From an uncultured Spirochaetota bacterium (GTDB lineage Bacteria > Spirochaetota > Spirochaetia > SZUA-6 > Fen-1364), in assembly GCA_963745235.1 (NCBI GenBank), contig CAVUXE010000015.1, positions 32,001-96,000 of the forward strand: DNA of 64,000 bases, given 5' to 3'. Below are positions 11,314-21,016 of this stretch, one piece after another. Below the pieces are notes generated by a model that was not told where the DNA came from, ran no database searches, and worked only from the letters and a program-made list of their open reading frames with translations. The stretch's first letter is position 1; every line of letters begins with the position of its first letter. The position numbers and the translations under genes are program-made.

Positions 11314-13455
11314 TCAATCGAGGAGGTCCGGCGCCTCCAGCGCTCCGCCCTTTTGGTTCCCATTGCTCCCGATCTTGAACTGTGCAGTCAGATCCCTCAG
11401 GCCTTGCGCCATGGTAGTCAACTGCTCCGTTGCCGACGACATCTCCTCAGCCGCGGACGCCGAGCCTTGCGTTATTTCGTTCACTGCCTCGATGGCCTGC
11501 GACACCTGCTTGGCATTTGTCGTCTGTTCTTCCGTCGAAGCGGAAATGCTCTGGCTCATCTCGCTGACGTTCTCCAGCGCCTTGGCCAGCTCCTTGATGG
11601 CCGCCACCTGCGCCGCCATGGACTCCGAAACCTTGGCGATCATCTCATTCACCTGCTGGGAAGCCCCGCGGATCTCTTCCATGGCCTCTTCTGAGCTGCG
11701 GGAGGTCTGGACGCCCGCGGTGACGTTCTTGATGCTCTCCTTGATCAAAGATTCGATTTCCTTTGTCGACGAGGAGCTTCGATCCGCAAGCTTGCTCACT
11801 TCGTCAGCGACCACGGCGAACCCTCTCCCGTGCTCGCCGGCCCGGGCAGCCTCGATGGAGGCGTTCAGCGCCAGGAGGTTGGTCTGGTCGGCAATGTCGG
11901 AGATCACGTTCACGATCCCGCCGATCTTTTCCGAGCTTGCGGCAATGGTGTTGATGCCGGCAACTACGGACTGAACAGCCCGGGCTCCCGCCACGGCGCT
12001 GTCAACCGATTTGCGGGCAAGGGCGGAAATGTCCTCCAGGCTCCTCGAGACTACCTCGATCGTGTCGAGGGCCTGGGTCATGGAGCTCGTTCCCTGCTCC
12101 GCGGCCGCGGCCTGGGATTGAGCGTGCTCCGCAACGAGGTCCACCGACGCCGTCAGCTCCTCAACAGATGCGCTGGTCTCCTCGAGGCTGGAGGCCTGGC
12201 TCTGCGCGCCTTCGGAAAGCTTCTGCGCGCTGCCCGAGATCTGCTCGCTGGATGCGGCCAGCTGCTCCGCGTTTTCCTGGATGGTCCCGACCATTTCCGA
12301 AAGCTTCTTTGACATGCTGTTGAGGGCCTTGGCAAGCGCTCCGACCTCATCTCGCTGGCTCACGTCAAGCTGATGGGTGAAATCTCCCGCCGCCACTGTT
12401 TGCGCGAAAGCAACCCCCTTGGCAAGCGGAACGGTGATGGACCGGGCAAACAACAGGTACAGGACAAAGGCGACCAGGAGCGCAATCACGACGATCACGA
12501 ATATGAGGTTCCTGACGTCGTTTGCCGCCGCGAGGTACTCGCTTTCGGGTACGATAAGGGTCACGCTCCAACCGGTGCTTTTCACCGGCGCAAACCCCGC
12601 CGTCTTTGCGACGCCCTTGAAGACGAAGGATGCGACGCCTGTTTTGCCGCTCACCATCTCCTTCCCGTAGTCCTTCATTCCTTCGGTTTCAAGGACGTTC
12701 ATCTTCATGATGAGGTCGGCGTTCTGATGAGCGATGGTCATGCCTTTTCCATCCACAACCGCCGCATAGCCGGTTCTGCCGACCTTCTCTCCGGCGACGA
12801 TGCCACCGAGGAAGTCGATTCGAAGCATCATGGTGAAAACACCCACGACTCTTCCGTCAGACGTGATCGGCACCGCGACAGGCGTGATTGGCTGGCCGGT
12901 GACCTTGCTGATGACCACGGACCCGATGTTGGCCTCTCCCGTCATCGCTTTCTTGAAATACTCCCTCTCGTGGGCATCCACTCCCATGGACGCCGGAGTA
13001 GCGGCGACAAACACAACACCGTTGGCATCCATTATGTTGACAGCTTCGTACGAGCCGCCAAGCTGCTGGATATCCCTGAATGGGGCCAGATGATCAAATG
13101 CCACCGCAATCGCGTCCGGTACCGGGCTCACCGTCTTTGCTTTGGCGGCAGAAGGGCTGCTCTTCACCGCCTCCGCTCCCGCCCCGTTGGCCGAGCGGTT
13201 GCGCTGCACTGCCGCCGCCACGATGGCCGGGTTGTGCGCAAGACTGACGCCAAGCTTCAACTCTTCCGTGTAGATGCCATCGATAATCCCGGCGATTTCC
13301 TGGGACCGGCTGACAAGCTGCTGATCGCTCAGCTCCTTGAGCCCGGCGCCCGCCCGCTGTACAGCGAGTATCCCGACTGCAATCAACGGGACCGCTATGA
13401 TAATCGTCCCTACAAGGATCAGCTTTGGTCCAATTCTCAAGTTCTTCAGCATCAT
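11314..13455 (-). CDS. Methyl-accepting chemotaxis protein (dCache), tandem paralogue
   Basis: Same architecture and tip motif; start at [11 protein letters not shown]. Confidence 0.95.
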   Translation of the reverse strand: MMLKNLRIGPKLILVGTIIIAVPLIAVGILAVQRAGAGLKELSDQQLVSRSQEIAGIIDGIYTEELKLGVSLAHNPAIVAAAVQRNRSANGAGAEAVKSSPSAAKAKTVSPVPDAIAVAFDHLAPFRDIQQLGGSYEAVNIMDANGVVFVAATPASMGVDAHEREYFKKAMTGEANIGSVVISKVTGQPITPVAVPITSDGRVVGVFTMMLRIDFLGGIVAGEKVGRTGYAAVVDGKGMTIAHQNADLIMKMNVLETEGMKDYGKEMVSGKTGVASFVFKGVAKTAGFAPVKSTGWSVTLIVPESEYLAAANDVRNLIFVIVVIALLVAFVLYLLFARSITVPLAKGVAFAQTVAAGDFTHQLDVSQRDEVGALAKALNSMSKKLSEMVGTIQENAEQLAASSEQISGSAQKLSEGAQSQASSLEETSASVEELTASVDLVAEHAQSQAAAAEQGTSSMTQALDTIEVVSRSLEDISALARKSVDSAVAGARAVQSVVAGINTIAASSEKIGGIVNVISDIADQTNLLALNASIEAARAGEHGRGFAVVADEVSKLADRSSSSTKEIESLIKESIKNVTAGVQTSRSSEEAMEEIRGASQQVNEMIAKVSESMAAQVAAIKELAKALENVSEMSQSISASTEEQTTNAKQVSQAIEAVNEITQGSASAAEEMSSATEQLTTMAQGLRDLTAQFKIGSNGNQKGGALEAPDLLD

Positions 13456-13487
13456 CGTGCCCCTTCGCAGAATAGATGGTTGTCTGT

Positions 13488-13503
13488 AGCAAGAAGCGTG
13501 CCG
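13488..13503 (-). promoter_or_regulatory. Sigma54 (-24/-12) promoter of the MCP operon
   Basis: Minus strand CGGCACGCTTCTTGCT = GG-N10-GC, close to TGGCACG-N4-TTGC, about 33 bp upstream of the MCP start. Confidence 0.7.
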
Positions 13504-13901
13504 GCGACAGAAACCGCGACAGGTTGAGCAGAGATTCGGCCGCAAATGCTTTGATTGAATAGAATTAACTTCACGAAAAGTCAATCGACTATAATGAATG
13601 GTCTACTTACACGCCCACATGCTGGCGGAGAGGGTGTTCCAGTGTTCCACCTGTCCATGGAGCTTGGAACAGGCGAACCCTCCGATCATCAGGCCGCAGC
13701 GAAAACGAGGATTGTCGAAAGGCACGTATCGTGATATAAGTCTCTCCAGTCGGTTTCGCAGGAAATTCCTTTTATTCCTGGCGCCTCATTCCAATCAGCA
13801 ATCGAAGTCGGCAGAATCACAAGAAGAGCAAGGTTGGTCTTACCGTATCCGGTCGGCACGACGCCCTGAATCTGCAATATGTGGCAAGCGAGGTGGGTTC
13901 C

Positions 13902-15863
13902 ATGCGCACGCATTCTCTCCCCCCGGTAATCACAGTCAGCGAAGAAAAGTGCGTGAACTGTCACGCCTGCATAGCCGTGTGCCCGGTGAAATACTGCAAC
14001 GACGGAAGCGGCAGCACGATCCGGCTGAATCATGACCTCTGCATAGGCTGCGGACGTTGCCTAACGGCGTGTACCCATGAAGCGCGCCAGTACGTGGACG
14101 ACTTCGAGGCATTCATGAACGCGGTAAGGAAAAAACAACATGTTATCGCCGTGGTAGCTCCGGCGGTGGCGGCAAACTTTCCCGGGCGCTTCCACAACTT
14201 GATTGGTTGGCTCAAAAGCATCGGAGTCGAGGCTGCATTCGACGTCAGCTTTGGAGCGGAGTTGACGGTCCAGTCCTACTTGGAGCATATCAAGAAAAAC
14301 AAACCGCGAACCGTCGTCGCACAGCCTTGCCCCGCCATTGTCACGTACATCCAGGTCCATCGCCCGGAGCTCCTTCCCTACCTGGCGCCGGCCCACAGTC
14401 CCATGGCGCACACCATACAAATGGTCAAGACCCACTATCCGCAGTTCCGAGATCACAAGGTGGCGGTCATCTCTCCCTGCATAGCCAAGAGACGCGAGTT
14501 CGTCGAGACCGGGCTCGGTGACTATAACGTCACCTTTCTTTCCCTGGCGCGGTACTTGAAAGATCAGCGCATCGACCTGGACAGGATCCAGGAGTCCGAT
14601 TTCGATTCGCCGCTCGCCGAGCGTGCCGTTCTTTTCTCAACTCCGGGAGGTCTGATGCGCACAGCCGAGCGCTGGAATCCTGGGCTGAGGGCACAAACCA
14701 GGAAAATCGAGGGTCCTGAACAGATCTACAGCTACCTGGACATCCTCCCGCGCATGATTAAGGAGGGGATCGCGCCCCTTCTCGTGGATTGTCTCAGCTG
14801 CACGCACGGGTGCAATGGCGGCACTGGTGCTCCCGCCAAAGGCGCCGGTCCGGACGAGATTGAGCGCTGGGTGGAAGCGCGCAGCGGAGAAGCGCGAAAG
14901 CGAACCAGCAAGCGTCGGATTGAGAAGGCCATAGCGCGCCACTGGCGCGCTGGGTTGTACGACAGGTCCTACGAGGACTTGCGTGCGCTCAACACCATCC
15001 GGCAGCCCAACGAATTGGAGCTGCAGAGGGTTTACGAATCCATGCACAAGCGGTCTCAGCAGGACTTCTATGATTGCAACTCGTGCGGATACAAGAGCTG
15101 CAAGGCAATGGCCGTCGCTGTGTTCAACAAGGCAAACAAGCCTGAGAACTGCCACCACTACTACAACGGCACCCTCCTGGCCACCGAAGTGCAGCGCACC
15201 ACGGAGGAAGCCGAGCGGGCCAGGGAAGCCTTCGAAGAGGCAGAACGCATGCGACGGCACATCGAGGAGAGTTATGAAAAAAGCCTCGCCCAGGCTCAGA
15301 CGATCAATCACTCCATGGAGCAAATAGGCCGGAATAACGAGGAGGTCACCGGTGTAGCGACCGAGTTGGCCGGCTTCTTTCAGTCGCTCAGCGAGAGCCT
15401 GTCCAACGTTGCTGCGAGGATTGGCGAATCCGCGATCTTGACTGAAAAGTTCGAGCCGATAGTGGAGTCGATCACCGACATCTCGGACCGGACCAACCTC
15501 CTGGCGTTGAATGCCGCAATCGAAGCGGCGCGCGCCGGGGAGCACGGGAGAGGGTTCGCGGTGGTCGCCGCGGAAGTAAATAAGCTGGCGGAGAACTCAA
15601 AATCTGAAATTGGCAAGGTGCTGCCCTATTCTCAGGAGCTGAAGCGCGCCTTTGTCGAAATCAGCCGTGCGATGGGTGACCTGAGCAGACGGTTCGGTCA
15701 AACAAATGAGGCAGTCCACAAGATGACCCGTTCGGCCATGGAAATTGTGTCCGCGACGTCCAAAGTGGGCGAAGAAGTTTCTCTCCTCATTTCCCACGAT
15801 GAATCTGTCCCAGCGGGGTGCAAAGAAACTGGGCCCAAAAGCACGGGGCCCAAAGAAAATTGA
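13902..15863 (+). CDS. Sensory [FeFe]-hydrogenase-like protein fused to a cytoplasmic MCP signalling domain (group C2-like)
   Basis: Two 4Fe-4S motifs ([23 protein letters not shown]); H-cluster motifs [27 protein letters not shown]; [10 protein letters not shown] FeS site; C-terminal [23 protein letters not shown]; no TM segment. Confidence 0.85.
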   Translation: MRTHSLPPVITVSEEKCVNCHACIAVCPVKYCNDGSGSTIRLNHDLCIGCGRCLTACTHEARQYVDDFEAFMNAVRKKQHVIAVVAPAVAANFPGRFHNLIGWLKSIGVEAAFDVSFGAELTVQSYLEHIKKNKPRTVVAQPCPAIVTYIQVHRPELLPYLAPAHSPMAHTIQMVKTHYPQFRDHKVAVISPCIAKRREFVETGLGDYNVTFLSLARYLKDQRIDLDRIQESDFDSPLAERAVLFSTPGGLMRTAERWNPGLRAQTRKIEGPEQIYSYLDILPRMIKEGIAPLLVDCLSCTHGCNGGTGAPAKGAGPDEIERWVEARSGEARKRTSKRRIEKAIARHWRAGLYDRSYEDLRALNTIRQPNELELQRVYESMHKRSQQDFYDCNSCGYKSCKAMAVAVFNKANKPENCHHYYNGTLLATEVQRTTEEAERAREAFEEAERMRRHIEESYEKSLAQAQTINHSMEQIGRNNEEVTGVATELAGFFQSLSESLSNVAARIGESAILTEKFEPIVESITDISDRTNLLALNAAIEAARAGEHGRGFAVVAAEVNKLAENSKSEIGKVLPYSQELKRAFVEISRAMGDLSRRFGQTNEAVHKMTRSAMEIVSATSKVGEEVSLLISHDESVPAGCKETGPKSTGPKEN

Positions 15864-16012
15864 CAAATTGCCCGAACTATGTCATTCTGGGGTTCCTCAA
15901 TACTTCTCGTGATTGGAAATGTAACTCTCTTGTGGCAGACTTTGCTCGCTCATAGTCCAGCAGTGTGATTCATGCCTGTGCGGTTCGAGAACTGTTTCAA
16001 CAAGGAGGCACC

Positions 16013-17466
16013 ATGAAACCTTTGGAGCTTTCCTCGCGCGCTGGCCGCCCCGCCCCTCACAAACTGAGACGATTCGCAAGATCCAAGGGGCTCGTCATCG
16101 CGGTTGCCGTGGTGAGCGTGACGTGGTGGCTTTCGCCTGCCAGCGTGAACGCCCTTTCCAGCTTCGCGCGGCAGACGGGCCTGTCCTGCGACACCTGTCA
16201 TTGGTCTTTTCCAGAGCTGAAGCCGACCGGACGCGAGTTCAAGCTGAATGGCTACACCCTCACCGCAGAGAAGAACCTGACAGCCACGGGCACCGCCAAG
16301 ACTGCGGAGCTTTCGCTCCCGCAGTTTGTCCCTCTGTCCGCCAGTCTCTTGACGTCGTTGACCTATACGCGGCTGAGCAAGCCCGGCGCAGCAGGATCCA
16401 AGCGTTGAGGTTCCGCAGGGGCTGAACATCTGGTTGGCTGGACAAATCCTCCCCAACTTCGGAGAAGCTGTCCAGATTACCTACACTGCCGCCGACGACC
16501 ACTTCAGCTTCGACAGCAGTGACGTTCGCTACGTATTCCAGACAACTCTCTTTGGCGAAGACCTGGTTCTTGGGATTGATTCCAACAACAATCCGACCTT
16601 TGAGGACGTGTGGAACAGCGTCCCTGCCTGGGGTTTCCCGTTCGCCTCGGCCGACTCGGCTGGTTTTGCGCCGGCGGTCACAACGCTCATTGATGGGCCC
16701 CTGGCCATCCAGGTGGTTGGCGGCGGTCTCTATGCCCTGTTTGCCGATCATCTGTATGTCCTGGCGGAGGTTTATCGTTCACAGCACCTGGGTCAGGCGC
16801 AGCCCGGAAACGGGTGTTCCTTCGCCGCCGGCCTACCAGCCAATCAACATCCAGTACGTTGCGCCGTACTGGCGTGTGGCCTGGCAGCAGGAAGTGGGAA
16901 AGAACAACTATTTCGAGATCGGTACCTACGGAATCTACGTCAGCTCCACTCCCAACTCGACCGGCGGGGCCACGGACAGCTATCTGGATCTGGCCGCGGA
17001 CCTAACCTATGAGCTGACGCTGGGCAACGGTGACGTGATCAGCGTGCACAGCACATTCATCTATGAGACGAGTGATCTCGACGCAAGCTCGGCGTTGGCA
17101 CCGGCGCAGTCAAACCCGGGCATTCATACGCTGGAGACTTGGAGGCTCGACGCCAACTATCATTTCGGCAACAAGTTCACTTTCACCGCCGGACCGTTCA
17201 TGACGTGGGGTACAAGCGATTCGCATCCTTTACCCTGCGTGACTCCAGGCAACTGGAGACACCACCGCCAGCTTTGCCGATGGCAGCCCCGAACTAATCT
17301 GGGCTACATCGCGCAGGCCGCCTTCTGGCCGGGGCAGAACTTCCAGATCGCCCTGCAGTACAGAGGGTTCATCACCTACAATGGCGCGAGCTCGAACTAC
17401 GACGGGAACGGAAGGAACGCATCCGACAACAACACCATTTACGCTTTCATCTGGATCAACTACTGA
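16013..17466 (+). CDS. cyc2: Cyc2-like monoheme cytochrome c-porin fusion (frameshifts near 16382, 16806 and about 17222-17292)
   Basis: SD AAGGAGG, signal peptide ending VNA, then SSFARQTGLSCDTCHWSFPELKPTGREFKLNGY (Cyc2 signature; CxxCH at 16187-16201). Barrel region has NNNPTFEDVWNSVPAWGFP and APYWRVAWQ, ending GRNASDNNTIYAFIWINY. Joined from ORFs 15965..16408, 16434..17012 and 16519..17466. Confidence 0.8.
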
Positions 17467-17507
17467 GCCCGATGAGCCACGGCACGGGAGAGGGCGGCCA
17501 TGCCCTC

Positions 17508-18302
17508 TCACCCGTAGCTGTGGAGACCTGAAAGCAGGAAGTTCACGCCGAAAAACGTGAACAGGGTGAAAGCGAAGCCGACAATGGCCAGCACGGCGGA
17601 GATCTTCCCCCGCAACCGTCTGACCAGTCGAGTGTGGAGATAGGCTGTGTAGACCAGCCAGGTAATGAGGGCCCAGGTCTCTTTCGGATCCCAGCTCCAC
17701 CACTGCCCCCACGCCACTTCCGCCCAGATGGCGCCGAAAACGAGAGCGCCGGCGGTGAATATCGGGTACCCTATCGCGATTGACGTGTAGGTGATCCTGT
17801 CTGCCTCTCCCTTCCTTTCCTCATCCCGCGCTGCCAGGGAGACGATTGCTGCAACAAGGCTCACGACGAAGAACGCCTCTCCGATGAAAGCAAGGGTCAC
17901 GTGGAGGACGAGCCAGAGCGACTGGAGCGCCGGAATGGGAGGCTGGATACCGCGGGGAGCGAGCGGCGAAGAGGAGATCAGGAGCAGCGCAAGAGCGAAA
18001 ACAGTTGCGCCCGGCAGGATGAAACGCATCACATCTGACTTCACAACGCTGTGCAGGACGAATATCACGGCGCAGACCACCGCGGAGAAGAACACGAGCG
18101 ACTCGTAGGTGTTGGTGACAGCGGGGAAGCTGATCCTGAGGCTGCGGTCAACTGTGACGGCGAACAGAAGGAGGGAGGCAGCGAGAAGCATCCAGCGGGA
18201 CAGCGGGTCCGGAGTCCCACCCCTGCGAATGAGAAAGATGATCTGCAGGACCGCGGCTGCGGCAATGAGGACGAGGGCTGCCGTTGCGAAAGCTTGCGCC
18301 AT
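17508..18302 (-). CDS. ccsA: Cytochrome c biogenesis protein CcsA/ResC (System II)
   Basis: WWD domain GAIWAEVAWGQWWSWDPKETWALITW, conserved His residues, C-terminal GVNFLLSGLHSY. Confidence 0.95.
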   Translation of the reverse strand: MAQAFATAALVLIAAAAVLQIIFLIRRGGTPDPLSRWMLLAASLLLFAVTVDRSLRISFPAVTNTYESLVFFSAVVCAVIFVLHSVVKSDVMRFILPGATVFALALLLISSSPLAPRGIQPPIPALQSLWLVLHVTLAFIGEAFFVVSLVAAIVSLAARDEERKGEADRITYTSIAIGYPIFTAGALVFGAIWAEVAWGQWWSWDPKETWALITWLVYTAYLHTRLVRRLRGKISAVLAIVGFAFTLFTFFGVNFLLSGLHSYG

Positions 18303-18331
18303 AGAGTGGACTCCTTCCTGGGCACCTGCGG

Positions 18332-19285
18332 TCAGGTCTTTTCCCCGCTCCCCTTCTGGACAAAAGTCAGCGTGAGGCCCAGCGCCAGGAAGGCGACTCC
18401 GACGATGACTGTGGTGAAACCGGGGTCGCTCACCGCCCGCAGCCCTGTGGCCAGCTGTTGCGTAATGCGCACCAGCGTGTACTGCCCGAGTGACTCGGTG
18501 ACAGCGAGCTTTCGCGTCGAGACAAGGAGATTGCCCCGATACTGCATCAGCAGCGCCTCCGTGTCGCCCCCTTCGTCCACCACGTCAGCCAGGTACCAGA
18601 CGGAATCGGCGTCCCGGAAGCCCTCCCCGATCCGGGCTGTCGTCTCGGCTCCGGCCGTATCGCGAAAGAGGAATGTCGACTGGTCTTCCCACGTTGCCTG
18701 GTAGACCGAGACGCCTTTCAGTCTCAGGGGATGGTTCACCCTTATGGGAAATGCCGTACTCTCCAGGATTCCGTCCCGCAGCACGTCGACGGTTGAAATC
18801 CAGGCCCGGGGAGACCCGTTCTGGTACTTGAGGTATTCAAAAGAGACGAGCCTGATCGAGTAGTGAGGGGCCACGTCGACTTCCTGGCCCTGGGCCATCA
18901 GGAAGTCTTTCTCACGACGTCCGAGTGCCGTGAGAAGCCCTCCGGCGATGAGCACCAGGAGCGCGATATGAACGATATCCGGCCCAAACCTTCTCTGAGC
19001 CTTCATTCGCCTGCGACGCACGACGCGGTCCACGGCGCAGACCCCGAGGTTCAACGCGAATACGGCTACGGGAACGAGAAAGAGCGCTGAGGAAAAGTAC
19101 CGGTTGAAACCGAGAGCCGTGATCAAGGCGTGGAGAGCGGGCGAATACCTGGCGTGGTAGAATGCCGTCTCTCTGCCCTGCGGCACGAGGGTGGAAAGCA
19201 CCGACAGCGCCGTGATCAGGAGAATCAGCACGATGGCCAGCCGCACGGACTTCAAGAATCGATACAATGCCTGCACTCGACCCAT
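18332..19285 (-). CDS. resB: Cytochrome c biogenesis protein ResB/Ccs1
   Basis: SVRLAIVL...STLVPQ, His in TM3 (DIVHIALL), IRVNHPL and DPG motifs; directly upstream of ccsA. Confidence 0.85.
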   Translation of the reverse strand: MGRVQALYRFLKSVRLAIVLILLITALSVLSTLVPQGRETAFYHARYSPALHALITALGFNRYFSSALFLVPVAVFALNLGVCAVDRVVRRRRMKAQRRFGPDIVHIALLVLIAGGLLTALGRREKDFLMAQGQEVDVAPHYSIRLVSFEYLKYQNGSPRAWISTVDVLRDGILESTAFPIRVNHPLRLKGVSVYQATWEDQSTFLFRDTAGAETTARIGEGFRDADSVWYLADVVDEGGDTEALLMQYRGNLLVSTRKLAVTESLGQYTLVRITQQLATGLRAVSDPGFTTVIVGVAFLALGLTLTFVQKGSGEKT

Positions 19286-19621
19286 TCCTCCGGTGCCACA
19301 GGACTATAGCCCGAATCACCCTCCCTGTCACACCGGTTGGCAGGCACAGGTAAGGAGAGCGTATGCGCAGACATATCTTGACGATATGCCTTTGGTACCA
19401 CTCTCCTAACCTTGTCCTTGATTGTACTTCCGCGCGGTTCGCCAATCCATAAATGCGGGTTAAAAGATGGATAACACTTTGTTATGCGGGGACTCCTCCT
19501 CCGGTCTCCGCCTGAAGTCCTATATCCAACTCCGCCCAAAGCATGAGTTGAAACTGCACTTTCAGGTGATGCGCTCAGGGCCCTCGGCGGGTTTGGATAT
19601 TGCATGGCACAGGAGGGAGAG

Positions 19622-19780
19622 ATGAAAACAAAAAATTTCCAGAAGCGTCGCAAGACGCTCACAATCGCGCGGCGCTTGCCTGACAAGGCTCCGGCTGAAA
19701 ACGGGAAAGCGCGGCAAATCGCCGCCGATCAACAGGTCGATGAGGTTGAGCGGACTTTTTCGGTCCGCTGGGAATGGTAG
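19622..19780 (+). CDS. Unannotated small protein, 52 aa
   Basis: SD AGGAGG then MKTKNFQKRRKTLTIARRLPDKAPAENGKARQIAADQQVDEVERTFSVRWEW; its stop overlaps the SD of the next gene. Below the ORF track cut-off. Confidence 0.45.
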   Translation: MKTKNFQKRRKTLTIARRLPDKAPAENGKARQIAADQQVDEVERTFSVRWEW

Positions 19781-19791
19781 GAGAACCGAAA

Positions 19792-20904
19792 ATGCAAACC
19801 TTGAGCATGCCGTCAACGGCGGCGTCACGCCGCCTCTCCTACCTCGACAACCTGCGGATTGTCCTGACCATCCTGGTGATTGCGCACCACGTCGGGCAGG
19901 CATACGGGCCGACCGGGGGGTACTGGCCGGTGCAGGAGGCGGCTCGGGCTGCGATCCTGGGTCCGTTCTTCACGGTGAACCGCTCCTTTTTCATGAGTCT
20001 TTTCTTCATGATCTCGGGCTATTTCATGGTCAGCTCATATGACCGTCACGGTTTTGACGCATTCATCCGAAGTCGACTCATCAGGTTCGGAATACCGGTC
20101 CTCGTATTCGCCGGTTTGATGCTCCTGCCACGGGTGCTGTCCGGTCATCGTCCCCCTCGGTGGGACCAGTGGTTTGATGCGGGGCATCTCTGGTTCCTGG
20201 AGCATGTGCTGATCTTCAGCGTTGTCTATGCGCTGTGGCGCAGGCTCTCCAAGGGAAAGGGCGAGGGTCGCCGCCTCCCTGTGACTCCCTTGAAGCTACC
20301 GATCATGACAACGATTGTTCCGTTCATGGTGCTCGTCGCCGCCGCGTCGTGGGCAATACGGATCTGGTCCCCGATCGACCGCTGGATGAACCTGCTGGGC
20401 TTCATCCGCGTCGCCTTTGCCGATGTACCGCGGGACCTCAGCTTCTTCATCTTCGGTGCTCTCGCCTTCCGCCGCGGCTGGTTCGAGAGCTACCCGACCC
20501 GCAAGGGCATGGCCTGGCTCGCTGTTGGCGTGACTGCGGCTGTTGCATGGTCCGCCTGGGCTCTGTTTGGCCGAGCAGCGCTCCCCTTGAGCGCCCTTGG
20601 CATCTTCGACATCGTCTACCCGGCATGGGAGAGCGTCCTTTGCTTCGGAATGTGCATTGGCCTCCTGGTGCTGTTCCGCGAGGCAATCAACATCCAGGGC
20701 CCGCTTGGAAAGCTTCTGTCTGCGAACCAGTACTCCGCGTATTTCTGGCATCCCCTGTTGATAGTCCCGCTGCAGTTTGCGATTCATGGACTTTCCCTGA
20801 ATCCCCTCGTCAAGTTCGCCCTGGTCGCGGCCGTTGGAGTGCCTCTTGTTTTTCTCTGGAGCTGGGCTTTCCGGAATCTGAAACCGGTGAGAGCCGTCTT
20901 ATAG
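19792..20904 (+). CDS. Acyltransferase family 3 (OpgC/MdoC-like membrane O-acyltransferase)
   Basis: RLSYLDNLR..L..LVIAHH, FFMSLFFMISGY, GHLWFL motifs; about 10 TM segments. Confidence 0.9.
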   Translation: MQTLSMPSTAASRRLSYLDNLRIVLTILVIAHHVGQAYGPTGGYWPVQEAARAAILGPFFTVNRSFFMSLFFMISGYFMVSSYDRHGFDAFIRSRLIRFGIPVLVFAGLMLLPRVLSGHRPPRWDQWFDAGHLWFLEHVLIFSVVYALWRRLSKGKGEGRRLPVTPLKLPIMTTIVPFMVLVAAASWAIRIWSPIDRWMNLLGFIRVAFADVPRDLSFFIFGALAFRRGWFESYPTRKGMAWLAVGVTAAVAWSAWALFGRAALPLSALGIFDIVYPAWESVLCFGMCIGLLVLFREAINIQGPLGKLLSANQYSAYFWHPLLIVPLQFAIHGLSLNPLVKFALVAAVGVPLVFLWSWAFRNLKPVRAVL

Positions 20905-20909
20905 GAGGA

Positions 20910-20945
20910 GCTGCGGCGCCGGGCGCCGCAGCGTTCCCTTTCTTC
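20910..20945 (+). terminator. Rho-independent terminator
   Basis: GCTGCGGCGC-CGG-GCGCCGCAGC stem followed by a pyrimidine-rich tail. Confidence 0.7.
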
Positions 20946-21016
20946 CAAAAAACTCTATTTACTGTTATTTCTAAAATTACTGTGTTATTCTTGGACCAAC
21001 CATGCCGAAAAAATAA

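Noticed and set aside
15930-15950. TGGCAGACTTTGC as a sigma54 promoter for cyc2
   Set aside because: GG-to-GC spacing is 8, not the obligatory 10.
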